Assembly (NCBI GenBank): GCA_040954595.2
Contig: CM082593.2
Span: forward strand, 11,049,477 to 11,113,476
Origin: Balanoglossus misakiensis
Taxonomy: Eukaryota > Animalia > Hemichordata
Length of the DNA stretch: 64,000 nt
Reading direction: 5' to 3'
The notes under the pieces are model-generated. The model was given only the letters and a program-made list of their open reading frames with translations, did no database searches and was not told the DNA's origin. The first letter of the stretch is position 1, and every line of letters begins with the position of its first letter. The translations under genes were made by a program, and so were the position numbers. This document shows positions 12,701 to 24,448 of this stretch, piece after piece.

Positions 12701-15700
12701 CATTATTTGGACAGGCATTGCATGCTGTTTGTCCTTCAAGGGGTTGATAATATCCAATTGCACAAGGATGGCACTGACTCAGCTCAGTGTCATGGTACGA
12801 CCCTTCAGGACACAATACTGTGGAAATACAAAATGTTGAAGGCAGATGTATACATTGTTCATGTACTGATCATTATGCATTAATGGTTTAAAACACAACT
12901 ACAATTGTAACACACAGCATTCATTTTGGCCAGTTTTTCACTCTTGTGTCTACAAGTGGGATTGCAGTTGTATGTGGTTGAATGTTGATTCACTATATAT
13001 CCACATGTAGAATAACATTAACTGTGTCTTCTATCAAACATAATTAATGGAAAAAGGGCAGCGAGAAAGAGACTTTGTCCCTCCTTGGTATGAGCATATC
13101 AAATCAATTATTTCCTTATATCACCTCTTGGTTGGGTTGTATTTACCACTCACACTTGTCTTTAATTTGTACACTGCGACTCACAACCACACTCGCAGCA
13201 ATACGGCCCACCTAACAGGTCATATCAGGTGATATAAACATATTAACATCTACACCTTTTTATAATATTAATTTTGGACACAGTTTTAATCCTTTCACCA
13301 CCATGGTTCAGTCCAAACCAATTGTTTTCTATGGTAAGGTTTGACCTCTATAGAGGAAACTGGGAGTGAAAGGGTTAAAGTACATAACAACTGAGGAGTA
13401 TAGGCACTCACCACATTCTTCTCCAACAAGAACACTACCATTGGAACAGAATATTGTACTTTCAACTTGTAATGTCTCAGCGTCGACCGAATATTCAGCT
13501 GTATCAAAAGGACCATTCTTGACTGCATCTTCAATAACTACAGCTGCAGCATCAGCAGAGCTAATGGATAAAACAACAGGCAAAAAATTCTTACATATGC
13601 CACATTACAATACCAACCAGAAGTGTGTACTGTAAACTGAATTGTTTTCACGACAGGAAATTTTCGCGATATTAAAAGAGGCGACTGTTACGTGAGGACG
13701 AATTTTCGAGTTCTCGTATTTCACTAACTGCATCATTATCTCCAAAAACATTTTACACAACTTTTTATTTTAACGTTTTTTTGACCAGCACATGTTTTGC
13801 AGAAATTTACTGCTCGCGAAAATAACACGTTTTGCAGTATATTTCGAATGCATGAATCTTTAGAATACAGGATGCCGCAACATGAAGGAAGGTGGGCAGA
13901 AATGATGGGGTTGCCAAAAACTGAAAATGTTTGAGTGTTAAGACACAAAATAATTTGTTTTCACTTGCATGAATGGAATATTTTGCAATAATGCAAACAC
14001 CAGCTGTATAGGGAATACAGAGCTGGTCCTCACACAGCCTGGGATCAGTACCCTAGACATGTCACCAAAGTCATTTCAATAGAACAGAAGGGGAATGAAA
14101 TACTCGAAAAATAACAATTACTACTCACGCATTGGTTGTGAAACTGAACTGAACCACAAGCTGAGTATCAGCCTGTCTCTTTCTTCGGTTTGAGGCGCCG
14201 CAGGTTATTTCAAGGTCATCAAAGTTGCATTCACCGCCACAAATACCAAACAAATCATTCAGATAGTTGATAGTGTTCATAAAACTGATCCTCAATTGCT
14301 GGATGACACCATTGTTACATGTACCAGCCTGTGAATTGTATGACACGCCACAATTCACTCCACGTTGAGTCTTCCCAGGAGCTGCAGTAGAACAATACAA
14401 ACAAACAAATTTTGTTAAAGATGCAATTTTCAATCTAGCGAACGATGTATTGACTTAGACTGCGAAACCGCTTAGCCAATCAGGAAAGTTACAGCTGCTT
14501 ACCCAGAACAAAATATTAAGAAAATAGCTCAAATGTACTGGAGCTTTATATTGGGGTAAGCAGATATGATGTTAACAAATTATCTACCTGTAATCACAAC
14601 CTTGACATACTGTAAAGCAAGAATTTGCATTACTCATATTTCTCTTTTCATTTATAACTAAAAGAAAATTGTCTCAATGCTGGAATACCCCCTCTCACAA
14701 CTCTCTCTCTCTTTGGAGAATTTTCTGAATGTGCATGTGCAACCTGATTATATTTCTTTACTGATACCAAATCATTTTTTTCTCACCTGAACATCCAGGG
14801 AAGGTGAATTCCTCGTCTGGATTCTCAGGATTAAAAGATCCTTCACTATGGCAGAGATAGTAAGGTGCTGGCAGGCTTGCAAACTTGTATCCTGGTAAAC
14901 AATCCACCGGACAGGACACACCCGACTCAAACTCATTACAGATGGAAATACCTTTAACTGGTGGTGCTGGCTTTTCACAATCAAATGATGTAAAAGAAAG
15001 GAGAACACAGTTTATTTGTCTATATATATATTTTTAATTTTATTTCATCTATCATCCAACAGGCAAATACTACCCAAATGTCTGTGTCTCATATATCATC
15101 CAACAGGCAAATACTACCCAAATGTCCAGGTCTAGGTAACGAACCCACAACCCTAGCCACTAGGGCACAATGCCTCTTTTACCAGGTTCACACAGGGTAA
15201 AATTTGAGACACTATTTGCCAGTGCTAACCACAGAGCATTAATCCTTTGAGTCATGTTGTGTCCACACACACAAAGTTTATGTATGGGCGCTGAGGCTCG
15301 GCCCCATAGACAATGGGTTGCGGAGAGGTGTTAATCCTTACACCGGCTCAGGTCTGGCTGGCAGAGCCGTCTAAAATCTGAGACGTTTCAGGACCACTTA
15401 CACCGTCCACACATGTTTTTTTAAGACAGTATCAATTCTGAGATGCTTCAGAACTGTCTTAATGGTGTATGTGTGACACCCATATTTATTACACAGTCAA
15501 ATCTTTTAAACAGAACACCAACACATTAACATGTTTCTATGTAAAAGGGACTAGGAAAAGCTGTTGGTTGAAGAGAGGTTTCCCGATTAGACAGGGTTTG
15601 TTTTAGACGGGTTTGAGTGTCCTTGTATGTTCTGAATGATGTTGTTATAATTTTTGATAGTTACATAGGGACAAAAGTGATAATGATGCAATCATATTAA

Positions 15701-18553
15701 TGTAAAACGGCAAATTTTCCCAAACTTCGGCAAAAAAGAAGAAGAAAATATAGTCGCATAAAATGTTTTTCAGAGATAACAGAGTAGTTAGTAAAATACT
15801 AGAATGCGGAAATTTAATTCTCGTGTCACAGTTGCCTCTTTTGATATATTGCAAAATATTTTCTGTCACGAAAATGTCCCGTTTTACAGTATGTGACAAG
15901 ACATAACAAGGGGTAGAGATGACAATTTGTCAAGATATTAATTAATTTGTAAAGTTTATGTATGAATGATAAAAAAATTCACTCACGCAGTACATAGAGT
16001 AAAAAGTTGCACTGTGCATTGTTGCCAGCTGTATCTGAAGCAACATAGCTGATCTGGTAGGTTCCCCAGGAAAAGGTGTCACCTGTAAGAACAAAATTAT
16101 GCACATCATTACAGGCATGGGTGCTAAAGCCAAAATAGCTTCCGTTTCTTGAATGTTTTTCATGATTTTCTTTTCAAACTTAGAATGGTCCATTTAAGTG
16201 AGCTATCTGGTGGGTATACACAGGCATATTATCAACTCCTGATTGTGACTGTACATATAAACATGAACAAGATATGTATACTAAACAGATATGGTGCCGC
16301 ACACGTTTATTCAACTGCCCATTGTAAGAGAACACAACATTTGTGGTATGGGTATCCCCAGTAGTAGTGGAGAATATTAAGTACTTTACTGATTAAAGGC
16401 CTTGCTCAACAGTTGGTCAAATCTTTTGTTTCCAATAAACAATTACGTGCAAACACAAATGCTTTCGAGTTTTAACTTCATTGTACTGCCCTGGGATCGA
16501 GGAAAGGGCCTATAAACATATGGTAATAGTATCAGCAATTGAGGCTTTAATACTTGGAAGCAAGATCATCTGTCGCACATAGGATGTGCTAGCCATATAT
16601 GAGTAACGGCCACAAGAATAAACTGTACCAGTATGCTTCATACTGACCATAATCTTAGGAAAGTTGTCTCAGCTTGTTGGTTTCTGTTTAGATCAACTCC
16701 CCACCCCACCCCGATAAAAAAAACTTAGTTAGTGTGAATGTTATATATTATCTATAATCAGAAATGATATTTTATAGGAAACTTACCCATTGTGTAGGTT
16801 TGTGTCACATTGGCAATGGCGACATAATCTGTAAATATAGGCTCCTGCCATACTCCTGTTGTCAAGCTATTAGGACTAATTATACGGGTCGTATTGGGAC
16901 AGTAAATGACTTCAGGAGCGTGTTTATCTGAAGAAAAAAAAATGAAAGAATAACAAATGTTTGTAAATTAAACAACTGGTCCACACCCCCTATGCATACA
17001 CTGGTACATTTAGGTAAATGCACTACTAGATGTTAATATCTGTCACATATTCATGAGAAATCCAGATATTGTTAAGTGCTTGTTTTCTGATACATGTGAA
17101 TAGACTAGATCACTGTCAAGAAACACTACAAGATAGGACAGGAGTCATGAGATGGTATCCATAGGCATAATAACTGATATGATCAATTACACTCATGATA
17201 AGCCTAGTTCTTGGAACAGCAGAAACTGATGATGATGATGGTGATGATGATGACGATGATGATGATGATGGTGGTGGTGGTGGTGGTGATGATGATTATG
17301 ATGATGATGATGGTGATGGTGGTTGTGAATAGTATCATTACATTCAGTGTTAAATACATGTACGGTAGAAACAAAAAGAGTGAGCGATACAGGCATGGGC
17401 AGATGATGATTCCCTATACTTCCTAAAGTAGGGAGATTGCAGGCTGTGTGATTGGAGTACAACACACAGCAGCTAGGGGCTGGTGAATGTACACAGGAAA
17501 AACTACTCAAAATTTCACACAGTTTTCCCTGGACAGACACAACATTACAAGGAGAGCTGTGTTAAAGTAAGGATTTAGGATTAATCAACTCTGTGAATAT
17601 GACCCAATTTCTCCTCGTCAGATTATGCATAAAATTGTTTGATAGTAATGAATAAGGCTATTTACCAACAGGTGTGCATGGTGAACCAGAGTAACCAATT
17701 GGGCACCTGGTACTTCCACAAGCTGATGGCTGGATTTTGACCACACTACCCAATAACTCTTGATCCATTTCAACCCACATGACATGATTGCCAAGTGGAC
17801 TTTGTGAACAGTTCAAAGCCAGACTCTGGATTTCAACAGGAGTCAATACATAATCGTATACATTCATCTGTGTAACATCACCATGGAAGCTAAAATAGTT
17901 GTCAAGGAGTCCATTTTCGTCATAGCTTTGACCAAGAATTACCATACAGCTGTTGAAAAACAAGAGAATAATGAATTCATTAAAAGTGCTGGTAAGAAGT
18001 TGTCAAAAATAAACTGTGAAAATCAGTATCGTTCCGCATAAGTTTGAATTTGAAAGTGCCACGAAGATAGCTTTGCTGATGTCCATAGTTTGCTCCCTTG
18101 ATTTTTTTGGCCAGTTTTGTTGTAAGTCGCAACATGTTATGATGATATTGTATTGTCATGTAGGAGTAAGACAAGCTACCTAGCAGATAAGTTATAAACA
18201 AGATAACTGCTTCACAAATAAATGGTTCACTTCTCTTGAGGCTTGGGAAAACTTGACAGTATAGGAAAATATAGAATTTTAACATGTGATGATGACAATT
18301 TTCTATGGCTTTGTAGGAGTTAAAAATGTTCGGAGTTCCACTAGCAACTTACTTTTCTGAGTCATCGATACCTGTCCAGGATGGAAGGGGTGATGTTACT
18401 GCAACACCATTCAAGTAAACTGCCACAATGCCTTCTTCAATTACCATGACAACATTATGCCACGAGTTGTCATCTACTGATACGGTTACACCATTTGTAC
18501 TGACAGATAGACTTCTGTCCAGGACAAGAAGGGTACTATCAACTTGGGTTAAG
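9443..18553 (-). CDS. Spliced gene (15 exons, ~860 aa, 5' end not found): SVEP1/Uninflatable-like type I membrane protein with pentraxin/LamG, HYR, sushi, furin site, 4x Ephrin_rec_like, cbEGF, EGF, TM, NPxY tail
   Basis: Exons 18353-18553, 17666-17949, 16787-16927, 15987-16082, 14787-14987, 14129-14381, 13412-13560, 12656-12817, 12249-12410, 11837-12004, 11538-11699, 10846-10968, 10424-10552, 10060-10156, 9443-9707 join in one frame (2593 nt). All have GT-AG boundaries except the acceptor at 14988-14989. Confidence 0.9.
10060..10156 (-). CDS. Exon: transmembrane helix
   Basis: DSSVDTAVIIGGVAGGLAAVLVLGVIMLLMYQR; boundaries cag| and |gtaag. Confidence 0.9.
10424..10552 (-). CDS. Exon: EGF domain
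   Basis: DKCEGFCSNNAVCIKDSDGNPVCECTDEYQGETC has 6-Cys EGF spacing. Confidence 0.92.
10846..10968 (-). CDS. Exon: calcium-binding-type EGF domain
   Basis: DAHECRLGLDDCHPNVTCRNLVPGYECTCKTGFTGDGITCT; phase 1-1 exon. Confidence 0.92.
11049..11231. mobile_element. Intronic MITE with TTAA target duplication (Kolobok-like)
   Basis: ttaa|aggtatacggtcacc ... ggtgactgtatacct|ttaa. Confidence 0.8.
11538..11699 (-). CDS. Exon: Ephrin_rec_like repeat 4
   Basis: CNVGWYLNQESYRCEKCPVGTYNFEFNQDACQPCPTGYTT; phase 1-1 exon. Confidence 0.92.
11837..12004 (-). CDS. Exon: Ephrin_rec_like repeat 3
   Basis: CESCPMGTYRSNAELQPSCMPCPFGFTTRTVGS; phase 1-1 exon. Confidence 0.92.
12249..12410 (-). CDS. Exon: Ephrin_rec_like repeat 2
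   Basis: CDVGHYFDNGTSQCQSCPIGFWQSEEGKFVCNTCPKG; phase 1-1 exon. Confidence 0.92.
12656..12817 (-). CDS. Exon: Ephrin_rec_like (GCC2/GCC3) repeat 1
   Basis: CPEGSYHDTELSQCHPCAIGYYQPLEGQTACNACP; phase 1-1 exon. Confidence 0.92.
13412..13560 (-). CDS. Exon: linker leading into the Cys-rich repeats
   Basis: SADAAAVVIEDAVKNG...TIFCSNGSVLVGEEC; boundaries tag| and |gtgag; phases fit both neighbours. Confidence 0.85.
13630..13837. mobile_element. TA-flanked CTGTA...CAG MITE (Tc1/mariner-like); related copy at ~15700-15889
   Basis: ta|ctgtaaac...ttttcgcg ... cgcgaaaa...ttttgcag|ta. Confidence 0.6.
14129..14381 (-). CDS. Exon: Cys-containing linker with RRKR furin site
   Basis: ...LEITCGASNRRKRQADTQLVVQFSF; boundaries cag| and |gtgag. 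Confidence 0.85.
14787..14987 (-). CDS. Exon: sushi/CCP-like domain with a non-canonical acceptor (cat|)
   Basis: PFDCEKPAPPVKGISICNEFESGVSCPVDCLPGYKFASLPAPYYLCHSEGSF...FPGCS; donor gtgag; acceptor reads ttcttttacat. Confidence 0.8.
15987..16082 (-). CDS. Exon: HYR domain, second half
   Basis: GDTFSWGTYQISYVASDTAGNNAQCNFLLYV (G..F..G...V.Y.A.D..GN...C.F); canonical splice sites. Confidence 0.9.
16787..16927 (-). CDS. Exon: HYR domain, first half
   Basis: DKHAPEVIYCPNTTRIISPNSLTTGVWQEPIFTD (D..PP....CP.....V.W..P...D); canonical splice sites. Confidence 0.88.
17227..17325. repeat. (GAT/GGT)n microsatellite, intronic
   Basis: Direct reading; it generates the spurious poly-His and poly-Met ORFs. 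Confidence 0.95.
17666..17949 (-). CDS. Exon: pentraxin C-terminal part
   Basis: VILGQSYD...SFHGDVTQMNVYDYVLTPVEIQSLALNC...GNHVMW is the pentraxin C-terminal signature; canonical splice sites. Confidence 0.9.
18353..18553 (-). CDS. Exon: pentraxin/LamG3-like domain (middle part); most 5' exon recognised
   Basis: LTQVDSTLLVLDRSLSVSTNGVTVSVDDNSWHNVVMVIEEGIVAVYLNG has the D..WH.V......G....Y.NG pattern; boundaries cag| and |gtaag. Confidence 0.85.
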
Positions 18554-18790
18554 CTGCCAAGAAATTCAAAACAGAGATTAGACATAAATCGGTGCATCAG
18601 CTGGTACTTTTGGGAAATTATCACACTTTTTTCAAACTGCACCACCTTTAGCCCATACAGAAGTATGCACTGAACTATGTACAAGTATTATGAACCCTAA
18701 GTATGAGTGCATATGCAAGTTTAAACCAGACAAATAATAAATCTTCGCCGCAAAGGAATATGGTCGCCACCGTGAGAAAATGCAAAATAC

Positions 18791-20731
18791 AATTAAAGTT
18801 GCAAGCAGCGTTGGCGGGGCACAAGCGGTTCCCATGGTAACAAGCAAATGCCAAGGCTGTATCTGCTGTGGATACCAAGATATTGGAAAGTAGGTCAAAG
18901 GTCACCAGAGGTCACCCCAAATTTGGGCAAAAAAATCGGACCCCATACTAGTCTAGGTCCAACAAAAACCAAACACCTAGCTCTATTGGTTCGCCTAGAA
19001 TTAGGTATGCGCATAATTAATGAGGTCTTGTGTAAGACTCCATATCTGCTCCATCGGCCCTCCAAAAGTCAGGACTCTAACTGCTGTGGATGCTGAGATA
19101 TGGGAAATTAGATCAAAGGTCATCCAAGGTCACCCAAAATTTGGGCATAAAATGTTGACCCCAGAGTGGGCCATGTCCAACTAAAACCAGACCTCTAGCC
19201 CTATTGGTTAGCCTGGAATTAGATATGCAGAAAAATGATGTTTTAGAAATAGGTCAAGGGTCATTGCCAAAATTACCAAAATAGTTGTGTCATGTCCTGG
19301 CAGCATTGGTACCCATGTCCACAAAATTCATGACTGTGGTGCTTTTACAAGAGGAGGTATGGGGATATGCATATATAATTAGTTGTTTTAAAACTGGGTC
19401 AAAGGTCATGTCAAAATTGCCCCGAAAAATTGTAACAACTTCCGGTCATATGATGACTCATATCCAAAAAAAGAATTTACGTGCTGTCAACATTTTGGCT
19501 ACAAAGCAGAATTTTCATTTTTCAATGGTTTTCCGAAAATCCAACATGGCCGCCATAATGATCGACCAATCACAGTGCGCTTCGCAAACTTGATAAAAAT
19601 AGGTTAGGTGACCACATACTCCGAATCCTGTGACTCGGCAATCGCTGGTTCTGGAGAAGAAGATTTTTAAAGTTTTAAGTAGTTTTTCAGAAAAACAATT
19701 GTAGCAAAAAAACTTTATGTGTGACGTCATGATTTCAATAGGGTAAAATGATGGACAGAAGGTAGGCTACCTGCACACCAAATTTGAACTCGATCGGCCC
19801 AGTAGTTTTTGAGAAGGACTCGTTTAACGATTGTCAGGAAATGCAATATGGCCGCCAGGTCACGTGACTAATTAAATATTCACGAGCCACTGCACGTCTA
19901 CTCATTGGCCCCTATCACCCTACCAAGTTTCAGCCCCCAAGGTGCAGCGGTTTTCCAGATCTACCTGGCCGAATTTCTCGGAAGAAGAAGAAGAAGAAGA
20001 AGAATTAAAGCTGCGAGCAGCATTGTTGGGCCCAAGCGCTGATCTTGAATTATATATGCACAGTATGAATGAGAAGAAACAGAATTTTCTATCGGATGTA
20101 TTATCTCATGACATAACAAGGATGTGTGTATTTTTGCTGCTGAAATAGGGTGAAGTAGGTCAAAGGTCACCTGAGGTCACCCAACATTTGGGCAATTTTT
20201 TTTTACCCATACTGGTCCATGTCCAACAAAAACCAAAACTCTAGCTCTATTGGTTCGCCTGTAATTAGGTATGTGCATAATTAATGAGGTCAGCAGAGGT
20301 CAAAGGGGTCATGAAAAGTAGCAAAATATTTTGATCACACACTAATCCACATTCATCAAAAACCAAACCTCTAGCCCTATAGGTTAGCCTGGAATTAGAT
20401 ATGCAGAAATAATAACGCGTGATAATTAGGTCAAAGGTCATGTGAAAAATCGCCAAAAAATTGTTATATATTTTAGTCACATGACGATTGATATCCATAA
20501 AAAGAATTTGTATGCTATCAATTTTTGGACTAGAAAAAGGAATTTCAATTTTTCTCTGTTTTTTACAAAATCCAATATGGCCGCCATAATCTTCGACCAA
20601 TCACAATGCTCTTTGCAAACTTGATAGACATCAGTGTAGTGACCATACTCCCCGAATCTTGCGACTCAGTCATCGCTCGTTCTGGAGAAGAAGATTTTTG
20701 GAGTTTAACTATGGTTTTACAAAAAACAATA
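18791..20731 (+). mobile_element. Two tandem copies of a ~1.2-kb non-coding interspersed repeat with internal subrepeats and a (GAA)n tail; second copy truncated
   Basis: Starts aattaaagttgcaagcagc (18791) and aattaaagctgcgagcagc (20002). Shared blocks include aggtcaaaggtcac, ctctagccctattggttagcctggaattagatatgcag and tccaa(c/t)atggccgccataat. (GAA)n at 19981-20003. Related pieces at 55240-55500 and 56090-56420. Confidence 0.75.
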
Positions 20732-21998
20732 AACCTGCTGTACCTCCGCATGTCTCCACAAGAGCTAGGAGCTCAAAATCGGTCGGACGCAGACCAGCGG
20801 TCTGTCAGGTGTAGTAACCGTAACACCAATAAAGGTAGGTTTTCATTGATTCTAATAGGTCTCCGTTCATCAACATTTCAAATATTCTCCATAATCCAGT
20901 AGTTGCCACTGTACTTGAATGAAATATTTCCTTTCAAACTTCCAAATGGTAACCGAATCTCAAATCGCAAATCTTTCCATTTTAATAACGAAGTCGGATG
21001 CCGAAATTACCAACTCACTTTTTCTATCGGACTCCATCATTCTAATACTTTACTTCAATGTTCAAAAATTGTGTAAAACAATATCCACTCTCAATCTATA
21101 TTTCAGGTTTAACGGCGTAATGGCATCCCCGGCCTTTGCTCTATCATAGAGGCAAATGGTATTATCTCTTCCAGTGGAAAAGTTGCGGAGCTGTACGTAT
21201 TCTCCCTTCTGTAATCTGTTCAGCCACTTCGGATTTTCTTTCCAGAATTTAAGTTCCAGAACGTTGCCATCGTGCTGCATACAAGGCACGCTAAACAGTT
21301 TCCCGTTGGCGGAATTCCGGATCTCGACATCCTCCATGACGCGCAATTTCACAGCCATGCCTTGGCTGGTTGCAGATGATGGAGCTAAGGTACATAACAA
21401 TCGCACCCCGAAACGCCTGGGCCCTTTTTTGTGTGTAGTCATTGTGGGTATGTTAACCTCCCATGTCCTTCATTTTTAGAAATTTAGTATACAAAACTGG
21501 ATGACCGATTATGTTTTAGAGACCTTTCCCGAATCCACCTGAAGCCCAGTCGGAATGTCTTGGGATGTAACCTAAATTCAATATGGCCGCCTCCATGCGT
21601 TCACTTGCATTTGAAAATACGTTGATTTTATCGTCGATTAGCGGTGTTTATTCTCAGTATCAATTTAAACGCGGCACTCGCTCACAAGTCATATTCTAGA
21701 AAGAAAGAAAAAATGATAGTTTTGAGTACAGATTACATGTATTTTAAAACGAGGTTTGGTAACAATGGTATCACTACTAAATGACTTACAATCGATGTTT
21801 TTAATTGTCTTTGCACCACAGTATGAATCCGGTGATGGTAAATCGCATTCAACTTAGAAGGCATGGAGAAAGCGCAACTGATGGTAACTGGGATGCCAAA
21901 CTGAAACTTTTGGGAGAGAAAACCTTGCCATGTACGGACGTGGGTGTCACAGTTAAACTTGGGTTAAATACTACAGCGACAACCGAAGTCCCGTTGAG
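20732..21998 (+). pseudogene. OB-fold (RPA-like) gene copy A: upstream region, exon 1 with its body inverted (21134-21372 on -), diverged intron 1, degenerate exon 3
   Basis: 20732-21133 matches 39750-40152. 21134-21372 is the reverse complement of the exon 1 body (VKLRVMEDVEIRNSANGKLFSVPCMQHDGNVLELKFWKENP). 21822-21990 is a frameshifted exon 3. Confidence 0.8.
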
Positions 21999-22276
21999 AT
22001 ATGATATGTGGTAGTGCATGTCCACATGAGTGCCGTGTACTAGCCTCTCTCTCTGTAAATCCATCCAGGCTACTGCTTTCTGTACATTGGAGAGAAATGA
22101 GAACAAGATGGTTAAATCATATTTTGTATAAGTTGGTGTTGACGAAAATAAGATGCATGTGAATTGTAGGACTGAAATGTTTCTGTAATGAATACTAAAT
22201 TAAAAGTTCACAACTTGCATGCAGATAGTAAGTGCTGGGGAAGTTGCAGGGTGGAGATTGCTTTGGTTTAGTTAAC

Positions 22277-22601
22277 TTACTCAATCTTTGTGACTGTTGC
22301 ATTTCTTGATTGATAGAGTAGTGTACATGCATTGGCAGGTTTTCTAATATGGCCTCCTCTGTACCCAAGGTCTGGCATAAGGTGGGACACTGTAAGTATT
22401 TGCCGTCTGACACAGAAGATGCCACTTCTAGAAAAAAATAAAAAGGACAGAATGTGATTGGTAAGACACAGAGACGTGAACATGTACACAAAATGATAGG
22501 AAATTGGTGGAAGCAAGTACTGCAGTTAATACTTACTCATCTATGTCTATTCCCTCAAATATCCCTTCTACCATATCATCACCATTTGGTTCTTTTAACA
22601 C
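22277..22601 (-). pseudogene. OB-fold gene exons 4 (22537-22601) and 5 (22277-22427)
   Basis: aag|VLKEPNGDDMVEGIFEGIDIDE|gtaagt, then tag|SGIFCV...NATVTKIE*. The exon-4 acceptor and upstream intron match 36060-36225, which follows exon 3 in copy B. Confidence 0.6.
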
Positions 22602-23792
22602 CTTAGGGAAAAATTGAGAGTTACATTAGAAGCACCGACAATAGGAGGGGGGGGGGGGGGTAAGGTTTGCAGAGAACAGGTTTTTTTTATGAACATTTGT
22701 GAAAATCAGAAATTAGTGACATGTAGGATTTCAATTTTATGATGTAACATTGTTTTCTTTTCAACATCAGTTCTCTGAGTAAAAAGATGGCCATGTAAAT
22801 TTTCTCTAAGTTTGTTAGAGAAATAAAGTACATGTACAACTTTAGTGTTTCACTAATTGAGTTTCAGTGTTCTTGTATTGACTCCTTTGCCCCATGTCAA
22901 CCTCAAAGTAAATATCTAATTTGCCATTTTTGACTTATTTGTCCTTGTAGTGGGCCACATAGCATTTTAGTGCAACTTATGAAAATCTGAAGAACCAAAT
23001 GCCTAATTTACCCACTCTGCACAGATTTATGTCAATGGTACTGACTTGATGATCGGTATAGCGCCCTCTGTGGTAGGGGGTGGGGGGTTAACCTTGCCTT
23101 TATATGTTTATCCCTGTCCGGTTCCATTCCAATTGTATCTATGGTAACCTCATTATCAGCAGTAAATGCCACAATTGTAAAACAGCAATAATTTTAGTAT
23201 CAAGCACTCTGTGGAATTAAATATACCCTGTGTATTCTTTGTTTCCCATTAGTAATCATGCAACTTTGCCATTTTGGGCCTTCTGATTTGCTGTATGTGC
23301 TCACTAGTCCTTCCCAACGTCTCTGAATTAGAAGGCCATTGTCATTTGTATAGTGTAGACACATTTCATTTTAGTACAACTGATGAAAGTCTCGTGAAAA
23401 ACCAAATGCTTAATTTACCCACTGTGCAAAGATTATCTGAATGATATTGTGTTGATCGTCATATAGTATAGCGCCCTCTGCGATAGTATTTGGATGATTG
23501 TGCCAGGGAGAAGGGGGTACTGAGGGAGCAGATGCAGATGACAGCAAGGCATATCCACTGAACAATGAGACGGTACGTGTTGTCAGCATTCAGGGAGAGT
23601 AAAAAGGGGAGCGCAAGAGACCAGGATGAAGAGACGAGCAGTATTGCATCATCTGTGGAAATAAATGCCAAGAGAAGGTAAATGTGGAAGACAAGCACTT
23701 AGGGGTTATAAACAAATGTTTTTTTGTGGACAGTTTTAGTATCAAGCATTGTGGAATTAAATATACACAGTGTGTGTTGTGTGTTAGATAGG

Positions 23793-24070
23793 TACATACA
23801 TACATACATACATACATACATACATACATACATACATACATACATACATACATACATACATACATACATACATACATACATACATACATACATACATACA
23901 TACATACATACATACATACATACATACATACATACATACATACATGCATGCATGCATGCATGCATGCATGCATGCATGCATACATACATACATACATGCA
24001 TGCATGCATGCATGCATGCATGCATGCATGCATGCATACATACATACATACATACATACATACATACATG
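23793..24070. repeat. Compound (CATA)n/(CATG)n microsatellite
   Basis: Direct reading. An inverted counterpart with the same 35-bp flank lies at 25910-26108. Confidence 0.97.
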
Positions 24071-24102
24071 GAAAACACACAGCAAATGGACTCCTTTTTT
24101 AT

Positions 24103-24176
24103 CATCCTCACCAGGAATCGAACCAGGATCCCTTATCACAAAGTGACAAGTGCGTTAACCATTACACCATGAGGAT
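24103..24176 (-). pseudogene. tRNA-like sequence (tRNA-Gln-related) embedded in a repeat; SINE head or pseudo-tRNA
   Basis: ATCCTCA TGGTGTAATGGTTAACGC ACTTGTCACTTTGTGATAAG GGAT CCTGGTTCGATTCCTGG TGAGGAT: A box, B box and 7-bp acceptor stem present; anticodon arm abnormal; no T-run terminator. Confidence 0.7.
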
Positions 24177-24448
24177 TGTTTTATCTCCACTAACTGCCAA
24201 CACACTGTCCAATTGCACATTCACTCACTGACATATTCAACACACCAGTTTTTTTATTTCAATAAAAATTCACAAATGCATGTGAGAAATAACAGAGAGT
24301 CAGAAATTGGCATCCACAGGAGTTACTGCATTGCTATATGGTATTATAGAGCAGCCAATGCAGTCTAACACTTTTATTACCTTATTAAAGGCAGAAAGTC
24401 TCTTTGCTGCCCTTTTTTAATAATTATGTGTGATACAAGAGACTGTTA

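Noticed and set aside
17193-17540. Poly-His and poly-Met ORFs
   Set aside because: Translation of an intronic (GAT/GGT)n microsatellite.
24103-24176. Functional tRNA gene
   Set aside because: Abnormal anticodon arm, T-stem mismatch, no T-run terminator, and embedded in a duplicated repeat.
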